64,000 bases of DNA from Thermoplasmatota archaeon (GTDB lineage: Archaea; Thermoplasmatota; E2; JACPAO01; JAHFTW01): the NCBI GenBank assembly GCA_041601615.1, contig JBFIHX010000001.1, positions 371,997 to 435,996 on the forward strand, given 5' to 3'. A model generated the notes under the pieces. It had not been told where the DNA came from. It saw nothing but the letters and a program-made list of their open reading frames with translations, and did not search any database. The translations under genes and the position numbers were made by a program. Of the stretch, positions 1 to 11,470 are shown piece by piece (positions within the stretch are counted from its first letter, which is position 1; each line of letters opens with the position of its first letter).

Positions 1-90
1 CCTTTCGCCTAGCCACAAGGAGAAAAATAGCCCGGAAAGGGGGCCGGTTATGACCGCTTCCAAAATCCGATTGCATTATCAAGCGGAGCC

Positions 91-1455
91 ATGACTGGAC
101 GGAAGTCCATGTACGTGATCGTCGGAGGTGCCGGGGAGGTCGGGTTCCATGTAGCCCGCGCATTGCGAGACGAAGGTCACGACGTAGCCGTGGTCGAATC
201 CGATCCGCGACGACTGGAACGCGTAAGCGGCCTTGACGTGCTTGCCATCGAAGGCAACATCGCCAGCCGCCGCGTGCTGGAAGAAGAAGCCAACATCGGC
301 CAAGCGCAACTCTTGATCGCTTGCACGGGCGTGGACGAAATCAACATGGTCGCCGCAGCCCTTGCCAAAACCTACGGCTTGCGCACCATCGCCCGCATCA
401 ACGAACCCGAGTACCTCAACGTCCCCTACAGCGACGAGTATGCCGGCATGGGCATCGACGTAGCCGTTTCCCCCGAAATGGTCGCCGCCATCCGCATCCG
501 GCGCCTCCTGAACCAACCGGACCTTGTCAACACCGACGTATTTGCCCAAGGAAAAGTCGTCGTGGCCGAGGGCCGCGTTTCCGAAGACGCATTCGTCGTA
601 GGCAAGCGCGTGGCAGACGTGGAGCCCCCCGCTGGCTTCAATCTCTTTGCCATCTACCGAGGCGACGACGTCATCATCCCACGGGGCCACACGCGCTTCC
701 AAGCCCACGACCGCCTCCTGATGGCAATGAAAAACAAGGACGTCCTTGCGGAAGTAGAACCCTATATCGGCCGCATGAAAGCTGTGCAGACGCCCAAAAA
801 AATCCAGCGCGTGATGATCGCAGGCGCCACCCGTGTCGGCGTGCACCTAGCCCGCCTGTTGGAGCAATCCAAGCGCGACGTGGTCCTCGTAGATGCCGAC
901 GCCGAACGCTGCCGCCGCGCCGGAGAACGCCTCCAAAAAGCCCTCGTCGTGCACGGAGACGCCACAGACCGTGACGTATTGATCCAAGAGAACGTCGACA
1001 CATTCGACGCATTCGTCGCCGCCACCCGCGTCGAAGAATACAACGTACTCGCCGCCCTCATGGCCAAAGAACTCGGCGTGGAATTGACCGTGGCCGTCAT
1101 CAACCAACCCGAACTCAAGCAATTTCTGGAAACCCTCGACATCGACCTCGCCGTAGCACCCCGCCTCAGCACCGTCGGCGCCATCCTCAAACACGTTCAT
1201 GCCGAAACCGAAGAGGTAAGCCTCCAAAACATGGGTGAAGAGCGCATCATCATCATGAAAGTACACGACGGCTCCGCCGCCTCCGGCAAACCCGTCAAAA
1301 AACTCGCCATTCCAACCCACAGCATCCTGGCCGCCGTCGTGCGCGGCGAAGACGTCATCCTCCCTCGCGGCGACGACATCTTGCATCCCGGCGACACAGT
1401 CGTCGCCTACGCCTTGACCGAGGCCGTGGAGAAACTGGAGCGACTGTTCCGATGA
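91..1455 (+). CDS. trkA: Trk potassium uptake system NAD-binding subunit TrkA
   Basis: Two RCK_N (GAGEVG, GATRVG) plus RCK_C repeats; overlaps trkH by 4 nt. True start may be the ATG at 109. Confidence 0.95.
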   Translation: MTGRKSMYVIVGGAGEVGFHVARALRDEGHDVAVVESDPRRLERVSGLDVLAIEGNIASRRVLEEEANIGQAQLLIACTGVDEINMVAAALAKTYGLRTIARINEPEYLNVPYSDEYAGMGIDVAVSPEMVAAIRIRRLLNQPDLVNTDVFAQGKVVVAEGRVSEDAFVVGKRVADVEPPAGFNLFAIYRGDDVIIPRGHTRFQAHDRLLMAMKNKDVLAEVEPYIGRMKAVQTPKKIQRVMIAGATRVGVHLARLLEQSKRDVVLVDADAERCRRAGERLQKALVVHGDATDRDVLIQENVDTFDAFVAATRVEEYNVLAALMAKELGVELTVAVINQPELKQFLETLDIDLAVAPRLSTVGAILKHVHAETEEVSLQNMGEERIIIMKVHDGSAASGKPVKKLAIPTHSILAAVVRGEDVILPRGDDILHPGDTVVAYALTEAVEKLERLFR

Positions 1456-2957
1456 ACCTCGGGCCCCGGCTCCTGTCGGGACTTGCAGACGTAGTCGTCG
1501 TCACCAGCCTCGTGCTTCTTGTCCCCGTCGTCTTTTCCCTCCTCTTTGACCCATGGAGCGCCACCTACGCCGGCATCCACTACCCGCCCGCTGCGGTCGC
1601 GTTTCTTGCCTCCAGTGTTCTCGCCATCTTGTTCTGGCTCCCGGCCAAAATCCTCACCCGCAACGTACCCACGCACCTCAACGAACGCGACGCCCTGCTG
1701 CTGGCCGGCACCGCATGGCTGCTCACCGCAGCGTTCGCCTCCGTGCCGTTTCTGATTTCGGGCACCTTCGCACGCCCCGAAGACGCCTTCTTTGAAGCCA
1801 TGAGCGGACTCACCGCCACCGGCGCAACCCTCCTTGCCCGGCCCGAATCCGCCGCACCCAGCATCCTGCTGTACCGAGCCTTGTTGCAATTCGTCGGCGG
1901 ACTAGCCATCATCGTCCTCAGCGTCGCCTTGCTCTCCCGCATCGCACACACAGGAGCCCGACTCCTTGGCGAAACCGGCCGAGGAGTCGCACGCATGCGC
2001 CCAAAAGTCGGACAAGCCGCCCGCGCCCTTTGGAAAATCTACGCAATCTTTGCCGGGCTCCTATTCGCCATCCTCGTGCCCGTGTTCACCTTCCACGTCG
2101 GCTTACCCTGGAAACTTGCGGTTTTCGAAGCCCTGGCCCACGCCATGGCAACCATAAGCACCGGCGGCTTCACCACCCACGCCACCAACATCTCCTTCTT
2201 CGACAGCGGACTCCTCGAAGGCATCCTCGTCGCCTTCATGCTCCTATCCGGCATGAACTACACCCTCCACCATCGACTCTGGAACGGCGACTGGAAACGA
2301 ATGGTGCGCGATGCCGAATGGCGCATCTACCTCGCCGTGGTGGCCATCACCGCCGCCGGACTCACAGGAAGCCTCTGGTGGGCCGGCGAAGGACTCGCCG
2401 AAGCATTGCGCCACGGGCTATTTACCACCGTCAGCTTTCTGACCAGCACCGGCTACGTCATCGCCGACACTGACCAATGGAGCCAGGCCGCCAAACTCGT
2501 ACTCGTAGCACTCATGTTCGTGGGCGCCTCCGCCGGCAGCACAGCAGGCGGCATGAAACTCCTACGCGTCCTATTGCTCTGGCGCGTCGTACAACGAGAA
2601 CTACGCAGGCTCCTGCACCCCCGCGCCGTCATCCCCGTGCGCCACGCAGACCGCATCGTCCCCGAAACCGCCGTCCTCACCGTCGTGGCTTTCTTCTTTG
2701 CCTTCCTCACCGTCTGGATGGTCGGAGCACTTCTGTTGATCCTCCTCGACCCCGCCCTAGGCCTGTTTGACGGCTCCGTGGCGGCAGCAGCAGCCATCGG
2801 CAACACCGGCCCAGCCCTCGGCGTCGTCGGCCCCACCGAAAGCTACGCCGCACTCGCACCCGCAAGCCGCATCATCATGGCGGCGCTGATGTTTGTCGGA
2901 CGACTGGAAGTGTTTGCCGCCCTCGTCGTATTCCATCCGGCAAGCTGGAAGAACTGA
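1452..2957 (+). CDS. trkH: TrkH family potassium uptake permease
   Basis: Multi-TM protein with FFEAMSGLTATGAT, STGGF, GASAGSTAGGMK and MFVGRLE motifs. Confidence 0.95.
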   Translation: MNLGPRLLSGLADVVVVTSLVLLVPVVFSLLFDPWSATYAGIHYPPAAVAFLASSVLAILFWLPAKILTRNVPTHLNERDALLLAGTAWLLTAAFASVPFLISGTFARPEDAFFEAMSGLTATGATLLARPESAAPSILLYRALLQFVGGLAIIVLSVALLSRIAHTGARLLGETGRGVARMRPKVGQAARALWKIYAIFAGLLFAILVPVFTFHVGLPWKLAVFEALAHAMATISTGGFTTHATNISFFDSGLLEGILVAFMLLSGMNYTLHHRLWNGDWKRMVRDAEWRIYLAVVAITAAGLTGSLWWAGEGLAEALRHGLFTTVSFLTSTGYVIADTDQWSQAAKLVLVALMFVGASAGSTAGGMKLLRVLLLWRVVQRELRRLLHPRAVIPVRHADRIVPETAVLTVVAFFFAFLTVWMVGALLLILLDPALGLFDGSVAAAAAIGNTGPALGVVGPTESYAALAPASRIIMAALMFVGRLEVFAALVVFHPASWKN

Positions 2958-2983
2958 AGAGCCACCCCCGCCTCGGCGACCCC

Positions 2984-4681
2984 GTGGTCCACTCCGAGGT
3001 CGCATTGCATGTCGCCCAAGGCGTGGAAGCGGCACTGCGCGCCGGCAACATCACCGACAAAGACGGCATCCAGCGCGTCAAGAAGGTCCTCCTGCGCGGC
3101 CAACACGCCGCCGTGACCCCAACCGACGCAGACCTGCTTGCCCTGATCGCTCCCGACGCCGCAGCCACTTGGGGCCACCTCTTTTTGAAAAAGCCCATGC
3201 GCAGCCAATCCGGCGTCGCCGTCGTCGCCGTCATGAGCAGCCCCGCATCCTGCCCCCACGGCAAGTGCATCTACTGCCCCGGCGGCCCCGAAGTCAACTC
3301 ACCACAGAGCTACACCGGCTTCGAGCCCAGCACCATGCGCGCCAAGCGCAACAACTACGATCCCTACCGCATCGTACGCGGCCGCCTCGAAGGCCTCGAA
3401 CACAACGGCCACGCCATCGACAAAGTCGAACTCATCGTCCAAGGCGGCACCTTCCCCGCCCGCGACGACGCCTACCAGGACTGGTTCATCGCCGGGCTAT
3501 ACGCAGGCTGCAACGAAGGCCCCGGCAAAGGCCTCGATCCATGGGAAGACATCGAAGACTGGGAAGCAATGCCGGAGGCCCAACGCACCGCCCGCCTCGA
3601 AGCGCTCCAAGCCACCAACGAATCCGCCCGCTGCCGCGTGGTCGGCCTCACGATCGAAACCAAGCCAGACTGGTGCATGGAGCCCCACGTCGACCGCATG
3701 CTGCGCCACGGAGCCACCCGCGTCGAACTGGGCATCCAATGCCTCGACGAAGAAACCACCAAGCGCACCAACCGAGGCCACACGGTGCAAGACGGCATCG
3801 ACGCCATGCGCATCGCCCGCGACGCCGGCTTCAAAATCTGCATCCACCTCATGCCGGGCCTGCCCCGCGTCGTCACCGAAACCGGCTGGGCCGTGGACGG
3901 CGACGCCGACGCCCGCGACATGCAACAAGTGTTCGAAGACCCCGAGTGGCGTCCAGACATGCTCAAAGTCTACCCGACGCTCATCGTCGAAGAAGGCGAA
4001 ACCACCCTCAAACGCTGGTGGAAAGAAGGCCGCTTCGAGCCCATGGACACCCAAGCGGCTTCCACCGTCATCTCCAAGGGCCTCCAATTTGTTCCTGAGT
4101 GGTGCCGCATCCAGCGCATCGACCGCGACATTCCCACCACACACGTGCTTGCGGGCGTCCAGAACTCGAATCTGCGCCAAATCGCCGAGGCCGAAGCCCA
4201 AGACGCCGGCACGAAGCTGCGCGACATCCGCAGCCGCGAAGTCGGCATGAGGCTCCGCGAGGGCCACACCATTGAACCCGACCGCCTCGTCGTCGTGCGC
4301 CGCGACTACGAAGCCGGAAACGGCCTCGAAACCTTCCTTAGCCTCGAAGACCCCGAAGTGGACGCACTCGTTGGATTCCTACGACTACGCCGCGTCGGCC
4401 CCGGTGCCCACCGGGCTGAATTCCAAGTCGAGGGAGGCGCTGCCGTCATCCGCGAATTGAAAGTGTATGGAGCGGCACTCGGACTTGGCGAACACTCAGA
4501 ATCCGCCTGGCAGCACCGAGGATTCGGCGCGCAACTCGTGCGTGAGGCGGAGGCCATCGCGTTTGAGGAATGGAACGTGGGGCGGCTGCTCGTGATTGCA
4601 GGTGTTGGGGTGAAGGAGTACTACCGGAAGCTTGGGTACGGGGATGAGGGTGTGTTTGTGGCTCGCGACCGCCTGATTTGA
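2984..4681 (+). CDS. elp3: tRNA U34 modification radical SAM/acetyltransferase Elp3
   Basis: CPHGKCIYCPGG, QSYTG, GGTF, RIQRIDRDIP, RELKVYG and QHRGFG motifs. Confidence 0.95.
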   Translation: MVHSEVALHVAQGVEAALRAGNITDKDGIQRVKKVLLRGQHAAVTPTDADLLALIAPDAAATWGHLFLKKPMRSQSGVAVVAVMSSPASCPHGKCIYCPGGPEVNSPQSYTGFEPSTMRAKRNNYDPYRIVRGRLEGLEHNGHAIDKVELIVQGGTFPARDDAYQDWFIAGLYAGCNEGPGKGLDPWEDIEDWEAMPEAQRTARLEALQATNESARCRVVGLTIETKPDWCMEPHVDRMLRHGATRVELGIQCLDEETTKRTNRGHTVQDGIDAMRIARDAGFKICIHLMPGLPRVVTETGWAVDGDADARDMQQVFEDPEWRPDMLKVYPTLIVEEGETTLKRWWKEGRFEPMDTQAASTVISKGLQFVPEWCRIQRIDRDIPTTHVLAGVQNSNLRQIAEAEAQDAGTKLRDIRSREVGMRLREGHTIEPDRLVVVRRDYEAGNGLETFLSLEDPEVDALVGFLRLRRVGPGAHRAEFQVEGGAAVIRELKVYGAALGLGEHSESAWQHRGFGAQLVREAEAIAFEEWNVGRLLVIAGVGVKEYYRKLGYGDEGVFVARDRLI

Positions 4682-4695
4682 TAGACCCCATATTC

Positions 4696-4712
4696 TGATA
4701 GGGTCCCTATCA
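4696..4712. promoter_or_regulatory. Perfect palindrome TGATAGGG-T-CCCTATCA upstream of the ATPase gene; candidate operator
   Basis: 8-bp inverted repeat with 1-nt spacer in a 68-nt AT-richer intergenic region. Function is inferred. Confidence 0.45.
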
Positions 4713-4749
4713 TTTATCTGATATAGGTCGTGTTCCAATAGGCTTTCCC

Positions 4750-5913
4750 ATGGAGCCACCCTTTCGCGTCGGCGGCGGCGAAGTTGAAAGCCCTTACTTC
4801 ATCGGCCGTTGGAACGAGTTGAACGATCTCGTGCACACCCTTGGCTCCATGAGCGAGAACAAAGTGGTGCTCGGAATCCGCCGCGTGGGCAAATCATGCC
4901 TCATTCACAACGCACTCCGAGCCATCCGAACCACCTATCCTGGCGTTTTGTGTGGCAAAATCAATTGTCGCGGAATCGGCTCCCATCGCAGCCTCGCAGA
5001 TGAGATTGTCCTCGCAGCCCTCCAGGCATACAAAGATGAGGCCCTCGTTCGCGGCTGGACGCGGCTTCGAGGGCACCTTGCAAGTCGACGAATCGCCCAA
5101 GCCATCGACGCCGTGAACGCCATTGAATTTACGGCCGTCCAGGAGTTGTTTCGGGCGCGCATCGAACTGCACGAGCGGAGCTTGTCCGAGGAACAATTTC
5201 TGCGCCGCGCCTTTCAATTCCTTCGCGAGTTCACAACGGCCGACCGGCAATTGGTCCTTGCCCTAGACGAGTTCCAGGAACTCGAAAAGCTCCCGGGCGA
5301 CATTTTCCAGCATTTCAAAGCGGCAAGCGACAGCCTACCGAATGTCCGTTTCGTGTTCAGCGGCAGCAGCCTCGGCTTGCTGGAGAAAGTGTTTCTTCGT
5401 CCCGACAGCCCCCTCTACCTCATGGCGGGAAAAATGCACTTGGCGCCCTTGCCAGACCTCGCCGTGGAAGCATTCGTCGGCGACCGACTTCAGCTTGCAG
5501 GCATTGAGGCAGACAAGGATACCTGTCTGCATGTCCACACGCGCACCGGCGGCATCCCGTACTATGTCCAGAAGCTTGGTTTACTCATGTGGATTCGAGC
5601 GCTCCAGAGCAGAATGCTGCAAGTCACGACTGACGATGTGGACGCGGCGTTCGAGGAAATGTTGCGGGAAGTGGGCGGCGAGTTTGAGTCACGCCTTGAA
5701 CACAAGTATGGGCCGCTACAGAAGGACATTCTTCGAGCCATTTCAGAAGGATTCCACCGCCGCCGAGACATCGCCACCGCCATCGACCGACCGGAAGGGC
5801 AACTAAGTGCGGCGCTTCGCAGCATGGAAGCAGGGCAAGTGATTTTCAAGGCGGGGCGAGGAGTCTACGAAATTGCAGATCCGGTTTTCCAGGAGTGGCT
5901 TCGAAGGCTGTAA
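4750..5913 (+). CDS. Archaeal-type AAA/P-loop ATPase with C-terminal winged HTH
   Basis: FIGRWNEL, Walker A GIRRVGKS, Walker B LALDEFQ, SGS, TGGIPYYVQ, and C-terminal YEIADPVFQEWL. Confidence 0.85.
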   Translation: MEPPFRVGGGEVESPYFIGRWNELNDLVHTLGSMSENKVVLGIRRVGKSCLIHNALRAIRTTYPGVLCGKINCRGIGSHRSLADEIVLAALQAYKDEALVRGWTRLRGHLASRRIAQAIDAVNAIEFTAVQELFRARIELHERSLSEEQFLRRAFQFLREFTTADRQLVLALDEFQELEKLPGDIFQHFKAASDSLPNVRFVFSGSSLGLLEKVFLRPDSPLYLMAGKMHLAPLPDLAVEAFVGDRLQLAGIEADKDTCLHVHTRTGGIPYYVQKLGLLMWIRALQSRMLQVTTDDVDAAFEEMLREVGGEFESRLEHKYGPLQKDILRAISEGFHRRRDIATAIDRPEGQLSAALRSMEAGQVIFKAGRGVYEIADPVFQEWLRRL

Positions 5914-5941
5914 CCAGATTTGCCCTAGCGCGCAGGATTGC

Positions 5942-7594
5942 CTAAAGATCCCCACCCGCAACGTATTCTCCCCACGCCTCGCGCATGACGCCACAAATCT
6001 CTCCGACCGTCGCATAGCTGCGAACCGCGTCGAGAATGAACGGCAACACGTTCTCGCTTCCGGCGGCGGCACCCCGCAGCGCCTCTAGTTTCTGGGCCAC
6101 CACGTCCGCGTCTCGTTCCGCCTTCAGGGCTGCGAGTTTGGCCAGTTGGGCTTTCTCGGCGGAATCGTCGAGCTTCAGGACCTCGAAATGGTCCTCGTCT
6201 TCCATGACGTAGTCGTTGACGCCCACGACGGTGCGCTCATTTCGCTCCACTTCGCGCTGGAAGCGGAAGGCGGCATCGTGGATTTGGTGCTGGACCCAGC
6301 CCTTTTCGATGGCGCGAAGCACTCCGCCCATGTCGTCGATTTTCTGGATGATCTCGAATGCTTCTGCCTCCAGTTCATCCGTGAGTTTCTCGACGGCAAA
6401 GCTGCCGGCGACGGGGTCGATGGTGTTGGTGACGCCGGACTCTTCGGCGATGATTTGCTGCGTGCGCAGGGCGATGCGGGCGGATTTTTCCGTGGGAAGG
6501 CCGAGCGCTTCGTCCATGGCATTGGTGTGCAGGCTCTGGGTGCCGCCAAGAACCGCCGCGAGTGCCTGGAGTGCGACGCGGACTACGTTGTTTTCCGGTT
6601 GCTGCGCCGTGAGCGTGGAGCCGGCCACTTGCGTGTGGAATCGAAGCATGGCGCTTTTTGGGTCCTTGGCGCCAAACCGCTCGGTCATGATGGTGTGCCA
6701 CATGCGGCGGGCGGCGCGGAACTTGGCGATTTCCTCCAAGAAGTCGTTGTGTCCGTTGAAGAAGAAGGCAAGGCGGGGGCCGAAGGTATCCACGTCTTGG
6801 CCTGCGTCCACGGCGGCTTGCACGTAGGCGATGCCGTCGGCCAAGGTGAATGCGAGTTCCTGGGCTGCGGTGCTGCCGGCTTCGCGGATGTGGTAGCCGC
6901 TGATGCTGATGGTGTTCCACTTCGGGACGTTCTCGGCACAGTACGCAAAGGTGTCCGTAATGAGACGCATGCTGGGTGCGGGCGGGAAAATGTAGGTGCC
7001 GCGAGCGACGTATTCCTTGAGAATGTCATTCTGGATCGTGCCCGAGACCTTCGCCATGTCGACGCCTTGCTTTTCGGCGACGGCGAGGTACATACAGAGA
7101 AGTACTGCGGCGGGCGCGTTGATGGTCATGCTCGTGGTGACCTTGTCCAGCGGGATGCCGTCGAAGAGAATCTCCATGTCGCGCAGGCTGTCGATGGCAA
7201 CGCCCACTTTGCCCACTTCGCCTTCGCTCATGGGGTCGTCCGAGTCCATGCCGATTTGCGTAGGCAAGTCGAAGGCGACACTGAGGCCGGTGCTGCCTTG
7301 CTCTAGGAGCATCTTGTAGCGCTGATTGGATTCCTCAGGCGTGCTGAAGCCGGCGTACTGGCGCATGGTCCAGAAGCGGCCTCGGTACATGGTGGGCTGG
7401 ACGCCGCGGGTGTAGGGCGCCTCGCCGGGATAGCCAAGCTTTGCGTCCGGATCGAAGCCCGCAAGGTCGTCGCCTGCGTACAGCGCCTCCAATTCGCGGC
7501 CGCTGAAAGCCGAAAAGGATTCCTTGCGTTCGGGACGCTTGGCCGTGAACGGCTCGTACGTCTCGCGTTCCCAGTCCCGCTTGGACCGCACCAT
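5942..7594 (-). CDS. Methylmalonyl-CoA mutase family, large (substrate-binding) subunit
   Basis: [47 protein letters not shown] and ALRTQQIIA motifs; no B12-binding domain in this ORF. Confidence 0.95.
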   Translation of the reverse strand: MVRSKRDWERETYEPFTAKRPERKESFSAFSGRELEALYAGDDLAGFDPDAKLGYPGEAPYTRGVQPTMYRGRFWTMRQYAGFSTPEESNQRYKMLLEQGSTGLSVAFDLPTQIGMDSDDPMSEGEVGKVGVAIDSLRDMEILFDGIPLDKVTTSMTINAPAAVLLCMYLAVAEKQGVDMAKVSGTIQNDILKEYVARGTYIFPPAPSMRLITDTFAYCAENVPKWNTISISGYHIREAGSTAAQELAFTLADGIAYVQAAVDAGQDVDTFGPRLAFFFNGHNDFLEEIAKFRAARRMWHTIMTERFGAKDPKSAMLRFHTQVAGSTLTAQQPENNVVRVALQALAAVLGGTQSLHTNAMDEALGLPTEKSARIALRTQQIIAEESGVTNTIDPVAGSFAVEKLTDELEAEAFEIIQKIDDMGGVLRAIEKGWVQHQIHDAAFRFQREVERNERTVVGVNDYVMEDEDHFEVLKLDDSAEKAQLAKLAALKAERDADVVAQKLEALRGAAAGSENVLPFILDAVRSYATVGEICGVMREAWGEYVAGGDL

Positions 7595-7697
7595 GAGTCG
7601 TTCGGAGGCGGGCGCCGGTTACAAAGGCGGCGGCCTGCATCGGCGGCATTTTGATCAAAACCCCCCAAGTGCAAAGCGAGACGCAGAAACCGATAGA

Positions 7698-8186
7698 CTA
7701 GGTGACTTGTTCCCGCTCTGCTTCCATCACGGCCTCTTTGGCCAATTCTAGGCATTTTTGTACAGAGTCGCGCCGGATGTCGTCGCGGTCGCCGTCAAAG
7801 TGGTACTTGTGGACCGACAAGAGATCCACTGGGCCAAGCACCGCGATCCAGACGGTCCCGACCGGTTTTGCCTCGGTTCCCCCATCGGGCCCTGCGATGC
7901 CGCTGACGGCGATGGCCACGTCCACTGCGAACCGTGTGCGCAACCCGCGAGCCATCGCTTCCACGGTTGCGCCACTGACCGCGCCGTGGGTTGCCAATTG
8001 GGCCTTGGTGACCCCGAGGATGTCTCGTTTGACATCGTTGTGGTACGCAAGGATGCCGCCGCGAAAAACGGCGCTGGCACCCGGTACGGCGGTGATGGCA
8101 GCCCCCAGGAGGCCACCCGTGCAGGATTCAGCAACGGCCATGCTTAGGCCGCGCGAACGAAGAGAATCAAGGATTTCGTGCACCAT
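7698..8186 (-). CDS. CinA-C / PncC nicotinamide mononucleotide deamidase
   Basis: AVAESCTGG and SGIAGPDGGTEAKPVGTV motifs. Confidence 0.92.
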   Translation of the reverse strand: MVHEILDSLRSRGLSMAVAESCTGGLLGAAITAVPGASAVFRGGILAYHNDVKRDILGVTKAQLATHGAVSGATVEAMARGLRTRFAVDVAIAVSGIAGPDGGTEAKPVGTVWIAVLGPVDLLSVHKYHFDGDRDDIRRDSVQKCLELAKEAVMEAEREQVT

Positions 8187-8194
8187 GGCCCGTG

Positions 8195-8698
8195 TCAGGC
8201 GGGCACCCCCGATTCCAGGCTACGAATCCTCTTGTCGGCGCCCATTTCGTCCAAGATGGACACGATGGCTGGGGGGACGGCGTCGCGCCAAGCACGGTCG
8301 CCCGCTGCAAGCCGCATGCGGACGGTGGCGCCTTTTTGGTCGTCGCGTGCAACGAGTCCGGTTCGGCGAATGGGAATGCCGGCGTCCTCGAAGAGGTCGA
8401 GGGTCCGTTCATCGTTGCCGAAGACACGATCCACAGGACCGACGGTTTTCATCACGTGGTCTGCCCAGTTGGGCGGGTCGTGAATATCAGGGACAGACAG
8501 CACCTCCACGGTGTCGCCGAAGACGGCGCGAACCATGCGCTCCCGTTCTTCGAACGTGAACGGGTTGCGCACGCTGACGGGGGCGTTGCTGCTTCCGATG
8601 CCGACGACCACGTGGACACAGTCCTCGATGGCGGCTCGGATGACACTGGCATGTCCCTTGTGGAGGGGTTGGAAACGTCCGATGACGAGGCCACGCAC
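8195..8698 (-). CDS. nadM: Nicotinamide-nucleotide adenylyltransferase (archaeal NadM type)
   Basis: IGRFQPLHKGH, GIGSS and NPFTFEER motifs; adjacent to PncC. Confidence 0.9.
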   Translation of the reverse strand: MRGLVIGRFQPLHKGHASVIRAAIEDCVHVVVGIGSSNAPVSVRNPFTFEERERMVRAVFGDTVEVLSVPDIHDPPNWADHVMKTVGPVDRVFGNDERTLDLFEDAGIPIRRTGLVARDDQKGATVRMRLAAGDRAWRDAVPPAIVSILDEMGADKRIRSLESGVPA

Positions 8699-8761
8699 GC
8701 ATTCAGATGCGCACCGCCTGCTTATGCCTCTTTCCCTGGGAATTGCCAGCCCGGAAACGGC

Positions 8762-10789
8762 CTAGAAGTCGTTCTTGGTTGGGACGTTTTCCATGGGTAT
8801 GGCCGCAGTGGGCCCGCCTTCCAGGGACTCTTCGAGCACGCTGAGTTTCTCCAGGAGTTCCTGCTTGGCGGGGCTGTCCACGAGCGCGTGGCGCACCACG
8901 TCGTGGATGGTGTCGCAGGGGATGACCTTGATCTTGTCCGCGTAGTCGTCCTCGATGAGCACGTCGATCTCGTTGGCCTTGGGAATCAAGACGGTCTTGA
9001 TGCCAATCTTGGCCGCTGCTTCGATCTTGGCCGTGACACCGCCGACGGGGAGCACGAGGCCGTGCACGCTGAGGCTACCGGTCATGGCGACGTCTTGGCG
9101 CACGCGGGTCTTGGTGAGGGCAGAAAGCACGGCGGTGGCCACGGTGACACTTGCGGAGTCGCCTTCAACGCCTTCGTGGGCCAAGACGAACTGAACGTGG
9201 ATGTCGTGGTTGCTTACGTCCTCGCGCAGGAACCGCTTGACGATGGCGCTGATGTTCTGGACCGATTCCTTGGCGATCTCGCCGAGTTTTCCGGTGGCGA
9301 TGATCTTGCCCTCGCCGCGGGAGCTTGCGGGGGCAATCTGGGCGTCGATCTCCATGACGATGCCGCTGTGTTCGTTCATGCCGCCGCCGGCGGAGAAGAC
9401 GGCGAGGCCGTTGACGACGCCGATGAGGGCGCCGGTGGTGCGGATGAGGTTGTATTGTTCCTTGTATTCGATCTGCCGGTCGTAGATCTGCTGTTCCAGA
9501 GAGCGGGCCACACTCTTGGCACGCAGGACGTGGTCTGCGGTGGCAAATTCGGCTTCTTCTTCCTTGGCAAGGTCCCCGGCGACGCGCACGAGGCCGCCGA
9601 GTTCACGCAGGCGCAGGGTCAGGGTGCCTTTGCGGCCGGCGCGTCGTTGGGCCTCGTGGATGATTTCGGCGACTCCGGTGCGGTCGAAGTGGGGGATTTT
9701 GTCGGCTTCCTTGGCGACTTCTTGGGCGACGAACCGCACGAGTTTGTGGCGGTTTTCGTCCGTGTCTTCCATGTGGTCCTTGACGTAGACTTCGTAGCCG
9801 TAGCCTCGGATGCGGCTGCGCAGGGCAGGGTGCATGCCTTGCAAGGCGTCGAGGTTGCCGGCGGCGATTAGAATGAAGTCGCAGGGTACGGGCTCGGTCT
9901 TGACCATGGCGCCGCTGCTGCGTTCGCTCTGGCCGGTGATCTGGAATTTCTTGTCCTGGATGGCCGTGAGCATGTGCTGTTGGCTTTGCAGGTGCAGCGT
10001 GTTGATTTCGTCGATGTACAAGACGCCTCGGTGGGCCTTGTGGATGGCGCCGGCTTCGACGCGGTCGTGGGCGGGGGTTTCGAGGCCGCCGGCTTGGAAC
10101 GGGTCGTGGCGCACGTCACCAAGCAAGGCACCGCTGTGGGCGGCGGTGGCGTCGATGAAGGGTGCGGTTTCGTCTTGGTCATGCCCGACGAGTAATTTGG
10201 GAACGACTTGGTTGGGCCGGTTCATGCCCATGGAGCGGAAAATGAAGAAAACGAGGAGGATGCCAAGAAGGCCGAACAGGATGAAGCTGTATTCTTTGGT
10301 GGTGAATGCGATGAATACGGCGAGGCCGCCGAGGGTCATCATGAGGATCATCATCAGGAAGCCGCGTTGTTCCTGTTTCTTGCGCGCTTCGAATTTTTGA
10401 GCGTCGACGATTTCTTTGCCCTTGCCGGCGGGCACGACGCGGATGCGGGGAGTGTTTTGATCCTCCACGTTGGGGTAAGCGATGACATCTTCCAGTTCCT
10501 CTTTGGGCAGGAATTCAGTCATGGCGCGTGCGAGCATGGATTTGCCCGTGCCGGGGTCGCCGACCATCATGACGTGGCGTTTTTGGACGGCGGCTTTGCG
10601 AACGACGGTGACGGCGTGGTCTTGGCCGATGACTTGGTCTAGGAGCCGCTTGGGGACCTCGATGTCGGCGGTGGTTTGGATGTCCACCATTTCCATCCAT
10701 TCGTTGACAGGAGGCAGGGGTGCTGCGGCCTCCCTGGGCGCCTTGCCCTCGGTGCCGTTGCTCGGGGCCTCTGGTCCATCGTCCGACAT
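8762..10789 (-). CDS. lonB: Membrane-anchored ATP-dependent protease LonB
   Basis: DQVIGQ, Walker A GDPGTGKS, two TM helices inside the AAA domain, catalytic EGDSAS and [10 protein letters not shown]. Start placed at ATG 10789. Confidence 0.95.
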   Translation of the reverse strand: MSDDGPEAPSNGTEGKAPREAAAPLPPVNEWMEMVDIQTTADIEVPKRLLDQVIGQDHAVTVVRKAAVQKRHVMMVGDPGTGKSMLARAMTEFLPKEELEDVIAYPNVEDQNTPRIRVVPAGKGKEIVDAQKFEARKKQEQRGFLMMILMMTLGGLAVFIAFTTKEYSFILFGLLGILLVFFIFRSMGMNRPNQVVPKLLVGHDQDETAPFIDATAAHSGALLGDVRHDPFQAGGLETPAHDRVEAGAIHKAHRGVLYIDEINTLHLQSQQHMLTAIQDKKFQITGQSERSSGAMVKTEPVPCDFILIAAGNLDALQGMHPALRSRIRGYGYEVYVKDHMEDTDENRHKLVRFVAQEVAKEADKIPHFDRTGVAEIIHEAQRRAGRKGTLTLRLRELGGLVRVAGDLAKEEEAEFATADHVLRAKSVARSLEQQIYDRQIEYKEQYNLIRTTGALIGVVNGLAVFSAGGGMNEHSGIVMEIDAQIAPASSRGEGKIIATGKLGEIAKESVQNISAIVKRFLREDVSNHDIHVQFVLAHEGVEGDSASVTVATAVLSALTKTRVRQDVAMTGSLSVHGLVLPVGGVTAKIEAAAKIGIKTVLIPKANEIDVLIEDDYADKIKVIPCDTIHDVVRHALVDSPAKQELLEKLSVLEESLEGGPTAAIPMENVPTKNDF

Positions 10790-10969
10790 GGGTGTCTGGT
10801 ACCACCGAAGTCTCCGATAAAAGCACGGGGTTAGGGGGCGGCGGGCTGCCTTCTGTGGGCGCGGGGCAAATTGGGCCTTGTACAGGAGGACGGAGGGGCA
10901 GGGGCCCAAACTGCACCGTTTTAGAGAATCGCCAAAGTGGCTAAATAGCTACCAAAGCGCAGCAAGTGT

Positions 10970-11470
10970 TTGGGTGTATCCCAAATGAAGCAGAAGACCC
11001 TCCTCCAACTCGTTCCTCCCCCCAACGAACGGGACTACTTGGAGCACTTCCAGAGCCTCGCAAGCGTGAACCTGGAGATTCGACAGCGGGGACCCACGGC
11101 AGAACGACTGCTTCGCAAGTCCATCCTTGAAATGGATCTCGGTAACTTTTCGGCAAGCTTGGATGCCGCACGAGACGCGGCCGAGTTGCATCACAAGGAC
11201 CCGGAGGCGCGCTACCAAGAAGCAATGGCACTCGTGATGCTGGCCTTCACCAAGGCTGGCGTTCTTGCGGGTGCTGCGGGCATGGAGTCGCCGCTGGCGT
11301 CCACGCAGACGCTGATGAAGCAGGCAACCCAGGCGTTCGCCGAGGTCGTCAAGTACAATCCTGAAGACGAGGAGGCAGCGGAGGACCTTGCGGCCCTGTC
11401 CCGCTTCCTCATGGAGCATCCAGCCGAGAAGGACCTGGATGCCGGCCTACAGTCCCTGTGGGCCAACTGA
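10970..11470 (+). CDS. Hypothetical TPR-like helical protein
   Basis: Helical repeats ending KDPEA / YNPEDEEA; start may be 10985. Confidence 0.6.
   Translation: MGVSQMKQKTLLQLVPPPNERDYLEHFQSLASVNLEIRQRGPTAERLLRKSILEMDLGNFSASLDAARDAAELHHKDPEARYQEAMALVMLAFTKAGVLAGAAGMESPLASTQTLMKQATQAFAEVVKYNPEDEEAAEDLAALSRFLMEHPAEKDLDAGLQSLWAN

Noticed and set aside
4696-4727. Resemblance to the tetO operator (TCCCTATCA)
   Set aside because: The half-site arrangement differs and no TetR gene is nearby; kept only as a generic palindrome.
8192-9871. Long antisense or alternate-frame ORFs (also 6146-7306, 18769-20004, 56194-57654, 60515-61939)
   Set aside because: Shadow ORFs of well-supported genes, typical of high-GC DNA.
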